Made by a program: the position numbers and the translations under genes. A DNA stretch of 64,000 bases, taken from positions 827,556 through 891,555 of the forward strand of contig CALEDQ010000008.1 of the NCBI GenBank assembly GCA_937949615.1, in the 5' to 3' direction. The notes under the pieces were generated by a model. The model saw only the letters and a program-made list of their open reading frames with translations, ran no database searches and was not told the origin of the DNA. Shown in pieces: positions 44,630 to 53,725 of this stretch (the stretch's first letter is position 1; every line of letters begins with the position of its first letter). The DNA is from an uncultured bacterium (GTDB lineage: Bacteria > Muiribacteriota > Ozemobacteria > Ozemobacterales > Ozemobacteraceae).

Positions 44630-46714
44630 ATGAAACTGTATACTACCGAAAAGATTCGTAACATTGGTCTCGTGGGCCATGGCGGCACCGGCAAAACTTC
44701 TCTGGCAGAAGCAATGCTGTTTCACACCGGCGCCAACACCCGCATCGGCAAAGTCGATGATGATACCTCGGTTATGAACTATGACCCCGAAGAAACCAAG
44801 CGCAAAGCCACCGTCGGCACTTCGCTTGCCGCCCTTGAATACAAGGATCACAAAATCAACCTGCTCGACGCACCCGGTTTTGATGATTTTCTCGGTGAAG
44901 TATACAAGATTTCCGGCGCCATCGACATGGCGATCGTGACCGTTAACGCCCAGTCAGGCGTTGAAGTCGGCACCGAAAAGAACTGGGCAATTCTTGAAGA
45001 AGCAAAGACCCCGAGAATCGTTTTCCTCAGCAAACTCGACAAAGAAAACATCAACCTCGACAAGACCATGACCCAGCTGAAGTCTCTCGACAGCAAGATC
45101 ACCCCGGTCATCGTTCCCTGGGGCACTTTCGACAAACTCAAAGGCGTTATCGACCTCATCGACATGAAAGCCTACGCATACAACGACGACAAGGGCAAAG
45201 CCATCGAAGTAAAAGACATTCCCGCCGATATGATGGATTATGCCAAGGGTCTGCGTGAACCTATGGTTGAATCGATCGTCGAATGCGACGAAGCTCTGAT
45301 GGAAAAATTCTTCGACGGTCAGGAAATCAGCCCGGCCGAACTGCGCGCCGCTCTGCGCAAAGGTCTGGCCAAGAACGAAATCAAGCCCCTGGTCAGCGGC
45401 ATGGCTCTCAAGAGCATCGGCACCGAAAACTTGCTCGACTTCATAGTCACCTGCACTCCGTCACCGGCAGAATGCCGCGTTCTCCCGGCTGTTAAAGCCG
45501 GCACTACCGAAGAAGTCGTCTTCACCAACGACCCGAACGGCCCGGTCTGCGGTTTCATCTTCAAGAAAATCAACGAACAGGCAGGCGATATGATCTTCAT
45601 GCGCGCCATCAGCGGCACCTTCCTGCCTGGCACTGAATATTACAACCCGACCACTGAAAACTTCGAAAGATTCAGCGCCTTTGCCACTCTGCGCGGCAAA
45701 ACCAAGATCGACATCGAAAAAGTCGTCGCCGGTGACATCGTCGCCCTGGTTAAACCGAAAAACTCGACCCACGGCCACACTCTGTGTGAAAAAGCCAACC
45801 AGGTACTGGTAAAAGTGCCGGCTCTGCCGCAGGCCAAGCTGACCTATGCAGTTAACCCCCGCACCAAACAGGATCAGGAAAAGATGGGCGTTGGCCTCAA
45901 CACCCTCTGCGCCGACGACGGCGTTCTCACCTATAAATTCGACCCCGAACTCGGTCAGGGTCTGCTCTCTGGCCTCGGTGACACTCATATCGACGTAACC
46001 GTCAGCCGCCTGAAATCACGCTGGGGCGTTGACGTAGACATCTCCAAACCGAAAATTCCTTACAGAGAAACAATCAAAGGTAAATCAAGAGTCCAGGGCA
46101 AGCACAAGAAACAGTCCGGTGGTCGCGGTCAGTATGGTGACGTCTGGATTCGCTTCGAACCGCTTCCCGGTGGCGATTTTGAATTCGTCGACGAAATCGT
46201 CGGCGGTGCCGTTCCGGGCAACTTTGTTCCGGCCGTAGAAAAAGGTCTGCAGGAAGCCCGCCGCCGTGGCGCCCTCGCCGGATTCCACACCATCGGTTTC
46301 AAAGCCACCATCGACTTCGGCTCATATCATGACGTCGACTCTTCAGAAATGGCATTCAAACTTGCCGCAACCATAGCCTTCAAAAAAGGTATCGTTGAAG
46401 CCAAGCCGGTTCTGCTTGAGCCAATCTATGAAGTAGCCGTCACCGTTCCTGATGAATTCATGGGCTCGATCATCGGTGACCTGAACTCAAGACGCGGCCG
46501 CATTCTTGGCATGGAACCCCTTGGCGGTCAGCAGGTCGTCAAAGCCAGAGTTCCGTTGGCAGAAATGTATAAATATGCCACCGACCTCAAGTCGATGACC
46601 CAGTCGCGCGCCGACTTCACCATGACTTTCAGCTCATACGAAGAAGTTCCGGCCAACGTTACTGAACAGATCATCAAAGAATATAAGACCGCCGACGAAG
46701 AAACAGAAGCCTGA
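44630..46714 (+). CDS. Elongation factor G paralog with a degenerate GTPase active site
   Basis: All five EF-G domains are recognisable, and the domain IV/V motifs LNSRRGRILGME...VPLAEMYKYATDLKSMTQSRADFTM are conserved. G1 is GHGGTGKTS. G3 is DAPGFDDF in place of DTPGHVDF, so Phe replaces the catalytic His. G4 is SKLD in place of NKxD. An AGGAG Shine-Dalgarno is present. Confidence 0.85.
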   Translation: MKLYTTEKIRNIGLVGHGGTGKTSLAEAMLFHTGANTRIGKVDDDTSVMNYDPEETKRKATVGTSLAALEYKDHKINLLDAPGFDDFLGEVYKISGAIDMAIVTVNAQSGVEVGTEKNWAILEEAKTPRIVFLSKLDKENINLDKTMTQLKSLDSKITPVIVPWGTFDKLKGVIDLIDMKAYAYNDDKGKAIEVKDIPADMMDYAKGLREPMVESIVECDEALMEKFFDGQEISPAELRAALRKGLAKNEIKPLVSGMALKSIGTENLLDFIVTCTPSPAECRVLPAVKAGTTEEVVFTNDPNGPVCGFIFKKINEQAGDMIFMRAISGTFLPGTEYYNPTTENFERFSAFATLRGKTKIDIEKVVAGDIVALVKPKNSTHGHTLCEKANQVLVKVPALPQAKLTYAVNPRTKQDQEKMGVGLNTLCADDGVLTYKFDPELGQGLLSGLGDTHIDVTVSRLKSRWGVDVDISKPKIPYRETIKGKSRVQGKHKKQSGGRGQYGDVWIRFEPLPGGDFEFVDEIVGGAVPGNFVPAVEKGLQEARRRGALAGFHTIGFKATIDFGSYHDVDSSEMAFKLAATIAFKKGIVEAKPVLLEPIYEVAVTVPDEFMGSIIGDLNSRRGRILGMEPLGGQQVVKARVPLAEMYKYATDLKSMTQSRADFTMTFSSYEEVPANVTEQIIKEYKTADEETEA

Positions 46715-46720
46715 CGATAA

Positions 46721-46757
46721 CAACGGGTGCGGGCATTTCTGGCCGCACCCGTTTTAT
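46721..46757 (+). terminator. Terminator-like hairpin after the EF-G-like gene
   Basis: A 10-bp stem acgggtgcgg (46723-46732) pairs with ccgcacccgt (46743-46752), followed by TTTTA. The U-tract is short. Confidence 0.45.
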
Positions 46758-46780
46758 AACCTGAAAAAACAGGAAACAGC

Positions 46781-47545
46781 ATGCAGGATCAAAGACAGGA
46801 AAATCAGAACCGCAGTTGCCGACTGGCATTACAGTTTCATATCGACAACGACGAGATTAACGCTCTTTGCACTAGATTCAGAACAGCTGTTACTGAAGGG
46901 CGTGACAAGGGGTATTCGTGCGGCATGATTGCGGTAACGCTTACCCGCATTATCAAAGAAGCGATCGACCTCAAATTCGAAAAGAAGCCAGTCAGCGCCG
47001 AACATCTTGTGCTGGCCCACGACAGCCATGAACCGGAATTCAACAAATTAAAAGCAAGCCTGGTGCGCGGCATGTTTTTAACCTGTATCGAACACCCGCA
47101 GGGTTTTCCCGGACTGTTCGACATTCTTGCCGGCATCGCTGCAGCCGGTATGGGTTACGGGTCATTTTTACTCCCGGAAACCAATCAAAGAATCAAACTT
47201 GAAGAAATTCACAGCTTGTGCCCTGACCAGACCTGGGTCAGAGAAACGACTATCGAAGTCATGCTGCACCTTCTGGTTCCCGAAAAAATAGCGGGCTTTG
47301 CCAGTGCCAGAATAGGTCTCTTCAGCATGCTGGTGGGCAGTTCTCTTCTGCCATTTTACGCAGTAGCGGCCAGTCATACCACTAATATGCCACCTGATCG
47401 GGAAAAAGTTATCGCCATGGTCTGCGGTCGATTCAGCCCAGATTCTGAGAGACTAAAAAAATTTCTTGGGCAAAATCTTTTCCTGGTTTTCTTCGAAGAA
47501 TTATTCACCCATGAGTCGACAGTTTTTTCAATTTTCAACCTCTGA
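46781..47545 (+). CDS. Hypothetical protein (254 aa)
   Basis: ORF with an AGGAA Shine-Dalgarno, on the same strand as the EF-G-like gene and just downstream of it. I recognise no family motifs. Confidence 0.55.
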   Translation: MQDQRQENQNRSCRLALQFHIDNDEINALCTRFRTAVTEGRDKGYSCGMIAVTLTRIIKEAIDLKFEKKPVSAEHLVLAHDSHEPEFNKLKASLVRGMFLTCIEHPQGFPGLFDILAGIAAAGMGYGSFLLPETNQRIKLEEIHSLCPDQTWVRETTIEVMLHLLVPEKIAGFASARIGLFSMLVGSSLLPFYAVAASHTTNMPPDREKVIAMVCGRFSPDSERLKKFLGQNLFLVFFEELFTHESTVFSIFNL

Positions 47546-47717
47546 TACTCTCAGTCAGTCCTTTTTAAGCTGTTAATGAGATACCGACACCGTTTTAAGA
47601 ACGGCCCTACCTTCGACAGAGTCACAGACCATTGTATGTTTTTAGGTCTTTGAGACTGTCGAAGCGATTTTGAGCAGTTCAGCGGGCAAATTTTGCCAGA
47701 ATATTTGCTTTGGGTCA

Positions 47718-47747
47718 TTGACATCGCTGTGTATTCCGGTTGATAAT
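47718..47747 (+). promoter_or_regulatory. Sigma-70 promoter candidate TTGACA-N18-GATAAT for the giant lipoprotein gene
   Basis: A perfect -35 lies at 47718-47723 and a -10-like GATAAT at 47742-47747. The ATG is at 47787. Confidence 0.5.
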
Positions 47748-47786
47748 GTGTGCATTCAAGTATTACTTCTGGGGGATTGAATCACT

Positions 47787-50700
47787 ATGGCCGGAAAAAG
47801 CCGCAGTCTTAATTTTGTTCTGCTTGTTTGTGCATTGATCGGTGCAGCTCTATTTTATGGCTGCGGCGGAGGCGGCGGGAATTCGTCCGATCCGCTCCCC
47901 GTTCCAATAATGCAGATTTCCGGCAATATCAAATCGTCGGCCGAACTTGCAAATATTGCCTACGAAGGAAATCTGCTGCCGGACGCTCGTGCACAGTTTG
48001 CTGCCCCCGGAGTCACTGTGCATCTTGAATCCGATGCGACAAAAAGCACAACGACAGACAGCAATGGCAACTACGTTCTGTCAGGGATTCCAGTCGGAAC
48101 CCATCGAGTTGTTGCAAGAATCAGAACCTTGAGCGGCAAAACCTACAAGGTAATTTCGAGTCCGGTAACCGTTTCAGAAAGAGCTGCCGAAGTTGTGGCC
48201 CCCCAGCTTGAACTTCGCCAGGCAACTGTGGCTCTCTCAGGCATATTGAGGAAGGCAGATGGATCGGCTTTTCCCTTTGCACGTATGACGCTGTGGGGCG
48301 AACCATTCACGACTGACGCAAACGGAATTTTTTCAACACCACCTATGCCTGAAGGCACCGTTGAAAACATCGTCATCACCAATTCCGGCTTTCAGGAAGT
48401 AAAAATCAACTCAAGCTTTGTCGAAAACGCGCCTTTCATCGAGCAGGTAGTTGTAAGCAGCGCCGCAACCAACCGGGCACCTACTGCAACCCTGACTGCG
48501 ACGAAATATTCGGTGGACAGATTGTATGAAGTAAACCTCACCGGGGTTGCCTTAGACCCGGACAACAACATCGCTACCTATACGTGGTCAGCCAACAGTG
48601 GCTATTTCACTTCAAATATCGCGAGCGACACACAGCGCATGTGGGTTGCGCCAAATTCAGACACTATCGCCACCCTGACATTCACTGCGATTGACACTGC
48701 CGGTCTGAGAGGTTCTGCCAGCATTCAGGTCAAGGTTGGCAGGGGCATAGTCGTTCCGAACAACACTCCTGTAATCAGTAATATCACTGTTTCACCGGCC
48801 GATCTTTCAGGCAATCGAAATTACACCCTCTCTGCCACAGCCACTGATGCTGATGGCGACACACTCGCCTATTCCTGGAATGCCAGCGCAAGCAATGGCA
48901 ACATTGGCAAACTTACCTCTTTGAACTCTTCGTCGATTGCCTGGGTTACCCCTGATGTCACAGCAACGACAAGCGTCACAATAACACTCACTGTCAATGA
49001 TCTCAAAGAAAACGGCCTTAAATCTAGATCGCAGGTATTCACTGTTTCGCCGACCCGCATAAATCAGGCGCCGACAAATCTGGCGATAGATATCGCCGAC
49101 CTCAACAATGTTGCCACAACAACTTTTTATGCCTACCGCGATTATATCCTCAAAGGATCAGCAACTGATCCTGAAGGCGAGACAACCACCTGGCAGTGGT
49201 CGGTCAACAAAGGCACTGTATATACCCCCACAGCTACAAGCACCAGATGGCTGACGCCATCGACGCCGCAGACTGCTGAAATAACGCTGACCGTAACCGA
49301 TATCAAGGGCTCATCTTCAATTCTCAAGAAAACAGTGAACATTCTTGATTCAGGCCTGCAGAGACCTGATGTAAGCATTGTCGCTTCACCCTCGGGCAAA
49401 ATCATCAAAGTTGCTCAGAATATTTCATTTGAAGGTCTGGCAACCACCTCAGCCGGCGCCGATATAACTTCAGACCGCTTCACCTGGAGTGAAACCGATG
49501 GGGTCATCTCACCCGTTACAATTAATACCGGCAGCAAAACCATCAGCCGATCTTATGCCAAACCTGCTACTTACACCATTATTCTCGAAGCTCTCGATTA
49601 TGTCGGTGTGCCCGGCACCTACGAATATTCATTCAGAGTTAACGCCACCCCGACCTCAACTATTTCTCAGCCGGCAAATAACGCCAGCTACGACCAGTAT
49701 GCCGCGGTAACTTTCACCGCCAATGCCTCTGACACTGAAGATGGGGTTATAACAACCGACAGTCAGTTTGTCTGGACCTTTCCGGCACCCACAGGTGTAA
49801 AAACCGGTAGAACCTTTTCTCTGACCGATCTGGCGACCGGAACCCATAACATCTCGCTTTCAGTAGCCGATGCGCTCGGCGATTTTTCGGCCACCTCGAC
49901 GGTCAAAATCACCATCAACGAGAACCGGCCGCCTGTTGCGACCATCACCGCTCCGGCCAACAACTCAACTGTTCTTATCAATACGCCACTCACCTTTACA
50001 GCAACCGCTTCTGACCCGGAAGACACAACCATTCCGGCCGGCAACTTTTTCTGGACCTTCCCCGACCCGATAAATGCCACCACCGGAACTTCGATCACCG
50101 TCAGCAATCTGCTCGTCAGCACCCAGACAATCAAGCTTCAGGTCATGGACAGCCGCGGGCGTTATTCTGCCACCAGAACCGTTGATGTATATGTTAACCG
50201 CCCGCCGGTCATCTCTATGATATCGATAGATTCAATAGCAAACGCTTCGGGCGCTGCCGTGCTGCTTGGTTCTCCAGCAAGATTTGGCGTCAGCGTCGAC
50301 GATGAAGAAGGGCTTCTTAATCAGATCGCCTGGTACAGCGGAACAACGCTTCTTGGCCTTGGTCAGTATATCGAAGTCAGCACCCTCACCGCCGGCCTGC
50401 ACCCGATTGAAGTCAGAGCAACCGATAGACGCGGCGCCATTACAGCCTCACAGACCGGGGTTTTTATCAACGAACGCCCGGTCATGACGATCATAAACCC
50501 GGCAAATACAATTTCTGTTGGCCTGAGCCAGCCGATTCTATTCGAAGGCTCTGGAACAGACACTGTCGGCACTGTTGGTCTCGGCTCTTTCAGATGGTAT
50601 GACTACAGCTACAAACTAGGAGCAACCAATACATTCAATGCCGGTCTCGGAAACAATACCTTCACCTTTGATGGCTATACAAAGGCTACTGAGTTTGGCA

Positions 50701-52271
50701 CCCACACGATAACGCTCGAAGGAGCTGACCAGTATAATGCACTGGGCTTTGCTTACCGCGAAATATTCGTTAACAGCAAACCAACGGTGGCAATGACAAG
50801 TCCGGCTTCAGGCACTCGAATTGATACCGACAACGATGCCATCTTTACTGCAATGGTTTATGAGGACGACTCGGAAGACAGTCTGACCGTTCGCTGGTAT
50901 GCCGATACTTATCCGTCGACTGTTCTTAAGACAGAGGTAGCAACCTCGTCGGCAACCGGCAAAGCATTCAGCTACAACACCGCTGCCCTGGCATCAGGAT
51001 CTCATACAATTTTCTGTGAAGTCACCGACATGTATGGTCTGCAGGCAGTCGCCTCGACAGGCGTTTTCATCAACCGCCTGCCATATGCTCAAAGCGGAAA
51101 GATTCAGATTTCGACAACCCAGTATGCGACAGCTCCTGCCAATATACCGGTTTTCATATCTGCCAATCCAAGCATGAGCATCTCATTCTCTGTCGATGAC
51201 TTTGACTACGAACTCAACGGCACCGTTAATGCGTATAAACCGGAAAATATCAAATGGGAATCAGACCGCGGACTTTTCGGCCCGGACAGCAAGGGCTCAA
51301 GCATTTCTCAGTCTTTCCCGATCGGCTACAATGAAGTCACAGCCAGAATTTACGATACCTTCTACCCACAGTTTGAGCATCAGGCCAGCACTTCTTACAA
51401 AATCGCATTCTATGTATGGCAGAGCAAAGATCTGTTAGTTGATGCCGGTGCAGTAGATATTCACGGAAATGGCGACACCCTGTTTATCTCAAGCAATCAG
51501 GGTCCGGCAATTCGCGAATTCAAATATACCGGTGGCGCCGAACCCAATCCGTATATTCTGGAAGACACAGACAGACTGCGTGATCTCAATGCAACTGCAA
51601 CTTTGAATACTGTCTACTGCAGTTCTTACTCACAGGATTCAAAAGTAGTCGTTCTTGGAACTGACGGCAGTGATATTCTCTACAAATTTGAAGACATAAC
51701 CAATCCGGTCTCTCATACTTTTGCAGGACTCGCCGGCGCAAGAAGCCTTGCCTGCAATACCCAGTATGCGACAATCGCATACTTTACCCGCGGCACAGAA
51801 CTGGTTCCCTTCAATCCTTCGACATGGCAGGTTGATGGAACCGCTGTCAGCGCCGTTGACGGAGTTAATTTCGGCACTCTTGGCCGGGTGAGATATTCAT
51901 ATCTGACGACCGACTACACCAGCCGTGTTTTTGTTGCTGATACAACCAACAACAGAGTGGTCAGGTTCATGACCGATTCTCTGAGTGAACCAAGAACTGT
52001 ATCTGCTTCTTCTCCGATCGACATCGCTGCGACCAGGAAGCGCCTGCTGACTCTCAGCAACACCGACAGCAAGGTCACCCTGCATGCTGTCGATAATGCC
52101 AGCAGCTCGGTCATGATGAGTTTCGGCACGGCCGGTACCGGTGTCGGGCAGTTCAACAATCCTGTTTCTATCTATTTCTACGAAAAAGACCTTCTGGTTC
52201 TTGAATTAGGAAATGCTGGAAACAAGCGCCTGCAGCTAATCCGCAGCGGTCATGACGACTGGTTGAAATAA
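47787..52271 (+). CDS. Giant repeat-rich surface lipoprotein (1494 aa) with tandem Ig/PKD-like domains and C-terminal NHL-type beta-propeller repeats
   Basis: The signal peptide plus lipobox-like sequence ALFYGCGGGGGNSS is followed by about 10 tandem ~90-aa units. These units share [ST]A.A.D.[ED]. motifs, for example TATASDPEDTTIPAGNFFWTFPDPINATTG and TANASDTEDGVITTDSQFVWTFPAPTGVKTG. The C-terminal ~350 aa carry NHL-like repeats (RVFVADTTNNRVVRF, QLIRSG). Confidence 0.8.
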   Translation: MAGKSRSLNFVLLVCALIGAALFYGCGGGGGNSSDPLPVPIMQISGNIKSSAELANIAYEGNLLPDARAQFAAPGVTVHLESDATKSTTTDSNGNYVLSGIPVGTHRVVARIRTLSGKTYKVISSPVTVSERAAEVVAPQLELRQATVALSGILRKADGSAFPFARMTLWGEPFTTDANGIFSTPPMPEGTVENIVITNSGFQEVKINSSFVENAPFIEQVVVSSAATNRAPTATLTATKYSVDRLYEVNLTGVALDPDNNIATYTWSANSGYFTSNIASDTQRMWVAPNSDTIATLTFTAIDTAGLRGSASIQVKVGRGIVVPNNTPVISNITVSPADLSGNRNYTLSATATDADGDTLAYSWNASASNGNIGKLTSLNSSSIAWVTPDVTATTSVTITLTVNDLKENGLKSRSQVFTVSPTRINQAPTNLAIDIADLNNVATTTFYAYRDYILKGSATDPEGETTTWQWSVNKGTVYTPTATSTRWLTPSTPQTAEITLTVTDIKGSSSILKKTVNILDSGLQRPDVSIVASPSGKIIKVAQNISFEGLATTSAGADITSDRFTWSETDGVISPVTINTGSKTISRSYAKPATYTIILEALDYVGVPGTYEYSFRVNATPTSTISQPANNASYDQYAAVTFTANASDTEDGVITTDSQFVWTFPAPTGVKTGRTFSLTDLATGTHNISLSVADALGDFSATSTVKITINENRPPVATITAPANNSTVLINTPLTFTATASDPEDTTIPAGNFFWTFPDPINATTGTSITVSNLLVSTQTIKLQVMDSRGRYSATRTVDVYVNRPPVISMISIDSIANASGAAVLLGSPARFGVSVDDEEGLLNQIAWYSGTTLLGLGQYIEVSTLTAGLHPIEVRATDRRGAITASQTGVFINERPVMTIINPANTISVGLSQPILFEGSGTDTVGTVGLGSFRWYDYSYKLGATNTFNAGLGNNTFTFDGYTKATEFGTHTITLEGADQYNALGFAYREIFVNSKPTVAMTSPASGTRIDTDNDAIFTAMVYEDDSEDSLTVRWYADTYPSTVLKTEVATSSATGKAFSYNTAALASGSHTIFCEVTDMYGLQAVASTGVFINRLPYAQSGKIQISTTQYATAPANIPVFISANPSMSISFSVDDFDYELNGTVNAYKPENIKWESDRGLFGPDSKGSSISQSFPIGYNEVTARIYDTFYPQFEHQASTSYKIAFYVWQSKDLLVDAGAVDIHGNGDTLFISSNQGPAIREFKYTGGAEPNPYILEDTDRLRDLNATATLNTVYCSSYSQDSKVVVLGTDGSDILYKFEDITNPVSHTFAGLAGARSLACNTQYATIAYFTRGTELVPFNPSTWQVDGTAVSAVDGVNFGTLGRVRYSYLTTDYTSRVFVADTTNNRVVRFMTDSLSEPRTVSASSPIDIAATRKRLLTLSNTDSKVTLHAVDNASSSVMMSFGTAGTGVGQFNNPVSIYFYEKDLLVLELGNAGNKRLQLIRSGHDDWLK

Positions 52272-52287
52272 GCTGAATTTTAACGAA

Positions 52288-52320
52288 GCTGCCGGGGATA
52301 AAACCCCGGCAGTTTTTTTA
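52288..52320 (+). terminator. Rho-independent terminator after the giant lipoprotein gene
   Basis: Stem gctgccgggg (52288-52297) pairs with ccccggcagc-like 52304-52312, followed by T7. Confidence 0.7.
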
Positions 52321-52334
52321 TGCGCCGAAAATTA

Positions 52335-52370
52335 AAGCGCCAGAGGCTTGAACAGGCCTCTGGCGCTTTA
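52335..52370 (-). terminator. Terminator-like hairpin downstream of trmFO (convergent)
   Basis: A 14-bp stem aaagcgccagaggc pairs with gcctctggcgcttt. On the minus strand it is followed by AATTTTCGG, a short U-tract. Confidence 0.45.
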
Positions 52371-52390
52371 ATTGCGGACCAGAAAAAGAG

Positions 52391-53725
52391 TTAGAGCTGG
52401 TCGAAGAATTCTCTGAACTGGCGGCGCGCCTGGCGAATTATCTGTTCCTTGCGAACGTCGCCTTTGGCGCCTTCTTCACCGCTGAAAATACCGAAGTTGG
52501 CATTCATCGGATGAAAATCCTTATGCCCCTGGAAAGTGATGTAGTTGACCAGACCGCCGAGCATGGTGGCAGGTGGGGCAACGACCGGTTCTTTGCCGCT
52601 GATGATGCGAACGGCGTTGATGCCGGCAAGCAGACCGGTAGCTGCCGATTCGGTATAGCCTTCGACACCGCAGAGCTGGCCGGCGAAGAAAATGCGCGGG
52701 TCGCTGCGCAACTGCAAGGTCGGTGTAAGCAGTTCGGGCGAGTTGATGTATGAGTTGCGGTGCATCTGGCCCAATCTGACGAATTCAGCCTTCTCAAGCC
52801 CTGGAATCATACTGAAAACACGCTTCTGCTCGGCATGTTTCAGATTGGTCTGAAAACCGACCATATTGTAGAGGCTGGCGAGCAGGTTATCCTGGCGCAG
52901 CTGCACAACTGCATAAGGGCGCTTGCCGGTCTTCGGGTCGGTAAAACCAACCGGTTTCAGAGGCCCGAAGCGCAATGAATCGACACCTGATTCGGCAATT
53001 ATTTCGACCGGCTGGCAGGCATTAAAAAACTGTTTGCGCGCATTCTTTTCAAGGTCTGAAAGATCGATGCGCTCAGCTTCGAGCAACGCTTTGACGAACT
53101 CAAGATACTGTTCTTTGTTCATCGGGCAATTGAGATAATCGCCTTTGCCGGGCTCGCCATAGCGATTACCCTTGAAAGCGATTTCGCGGTCGATGCTGTC
53201 GGCAGCCACCAGAGGCGCAACGGCATCAAAAAATTCGAGTTTCTTTTTGCCAAGACGTTTTTGCAGGCTTTCGAGAAGAGCCGGCGAAGTCAGAGGCCCG
53301 GTAGCAACTATAACCAGGCCATCTTCTGGCAATTCGACCGCCTCTTCATTAACGAACTCAATAAGAGAATGGGTGCGCAGATAGCGGGTGATTTCGCGGG
53401 CGAAGGCACCTCGGTCGACGGCCAGAGCATTGCCGGCCGGCACCCGGTATTTGTAGGCGACTTCCATGAAATAGCTGCCCAGAAGGCGCATTTCTTCTTT
53501 AAGAAGCCCGGAAGCTCGATCTGGCAAATTGCTGCCAACTGAATTGCTGCATACCAGTTCAGCGAATTGATCGGTCGTATGGGCACCGGTGCTGACTTTC
53601 GGGCGCATTTCGATGAGACGCACTGGAATCTGGCGTCTGATAAGCTGAAAAACGGCCTCGGTGCCAGCGAGACCTGCACCAATAACAGTTACGGCGATTT
53701 CTTTATTCTTCCTGCTGCTCGTCAT
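52391..53725 (-). CDS. trmFO: Methylenetetrahydrofolate--tRNA-(uracil-5-)-methyltransferase TrmFO (Gid)
   Basis: An N-terminal FAD-binding GxGxxG (VIGAGLAGTEAVFQL) is present. The 444-aa size and overall pattern match TrmFO/Gid. Confidence 0.8.
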   Translation of the reverse strand: MTSSRKNKEIAVTVIGAGLAGTEAVFQLIRRQIPVRLIEMRPKVSTGAHTTDQFAELVCSNSVGSNLPDRASGLLKEEMRLLGSYFMEVAYKYRVPAGNALAVDRGAFAREITRYLRTHSLIEFVNEEAVELPEDGLVIVATGPLTSPALLESLQKRLGKKKLEFFDAVAPLVAADSIDREIAFKGNRYGEPGKGDYLNCPMNKEQYLEFVKALLEAERIDLSDLEKNARKQFFNACQPVEIIAESGVDSLRFGPLKPVGFTDPKTGKRPYAVVQLRQDNLLASLYNMVGFQTNLKHAEQKRVFSMIPGLEKAEFVRLGQMHRNSYINSPELLTPTLQLRSDPRIFFAGQLCGVEGYTESAATGLLAGINAVRIISGKEPVVAPPATMLGGLVNYITFQGHKDFHPMNANFGIFSGEEGAKGDVRKEQIIRQARRQFREFFDQL

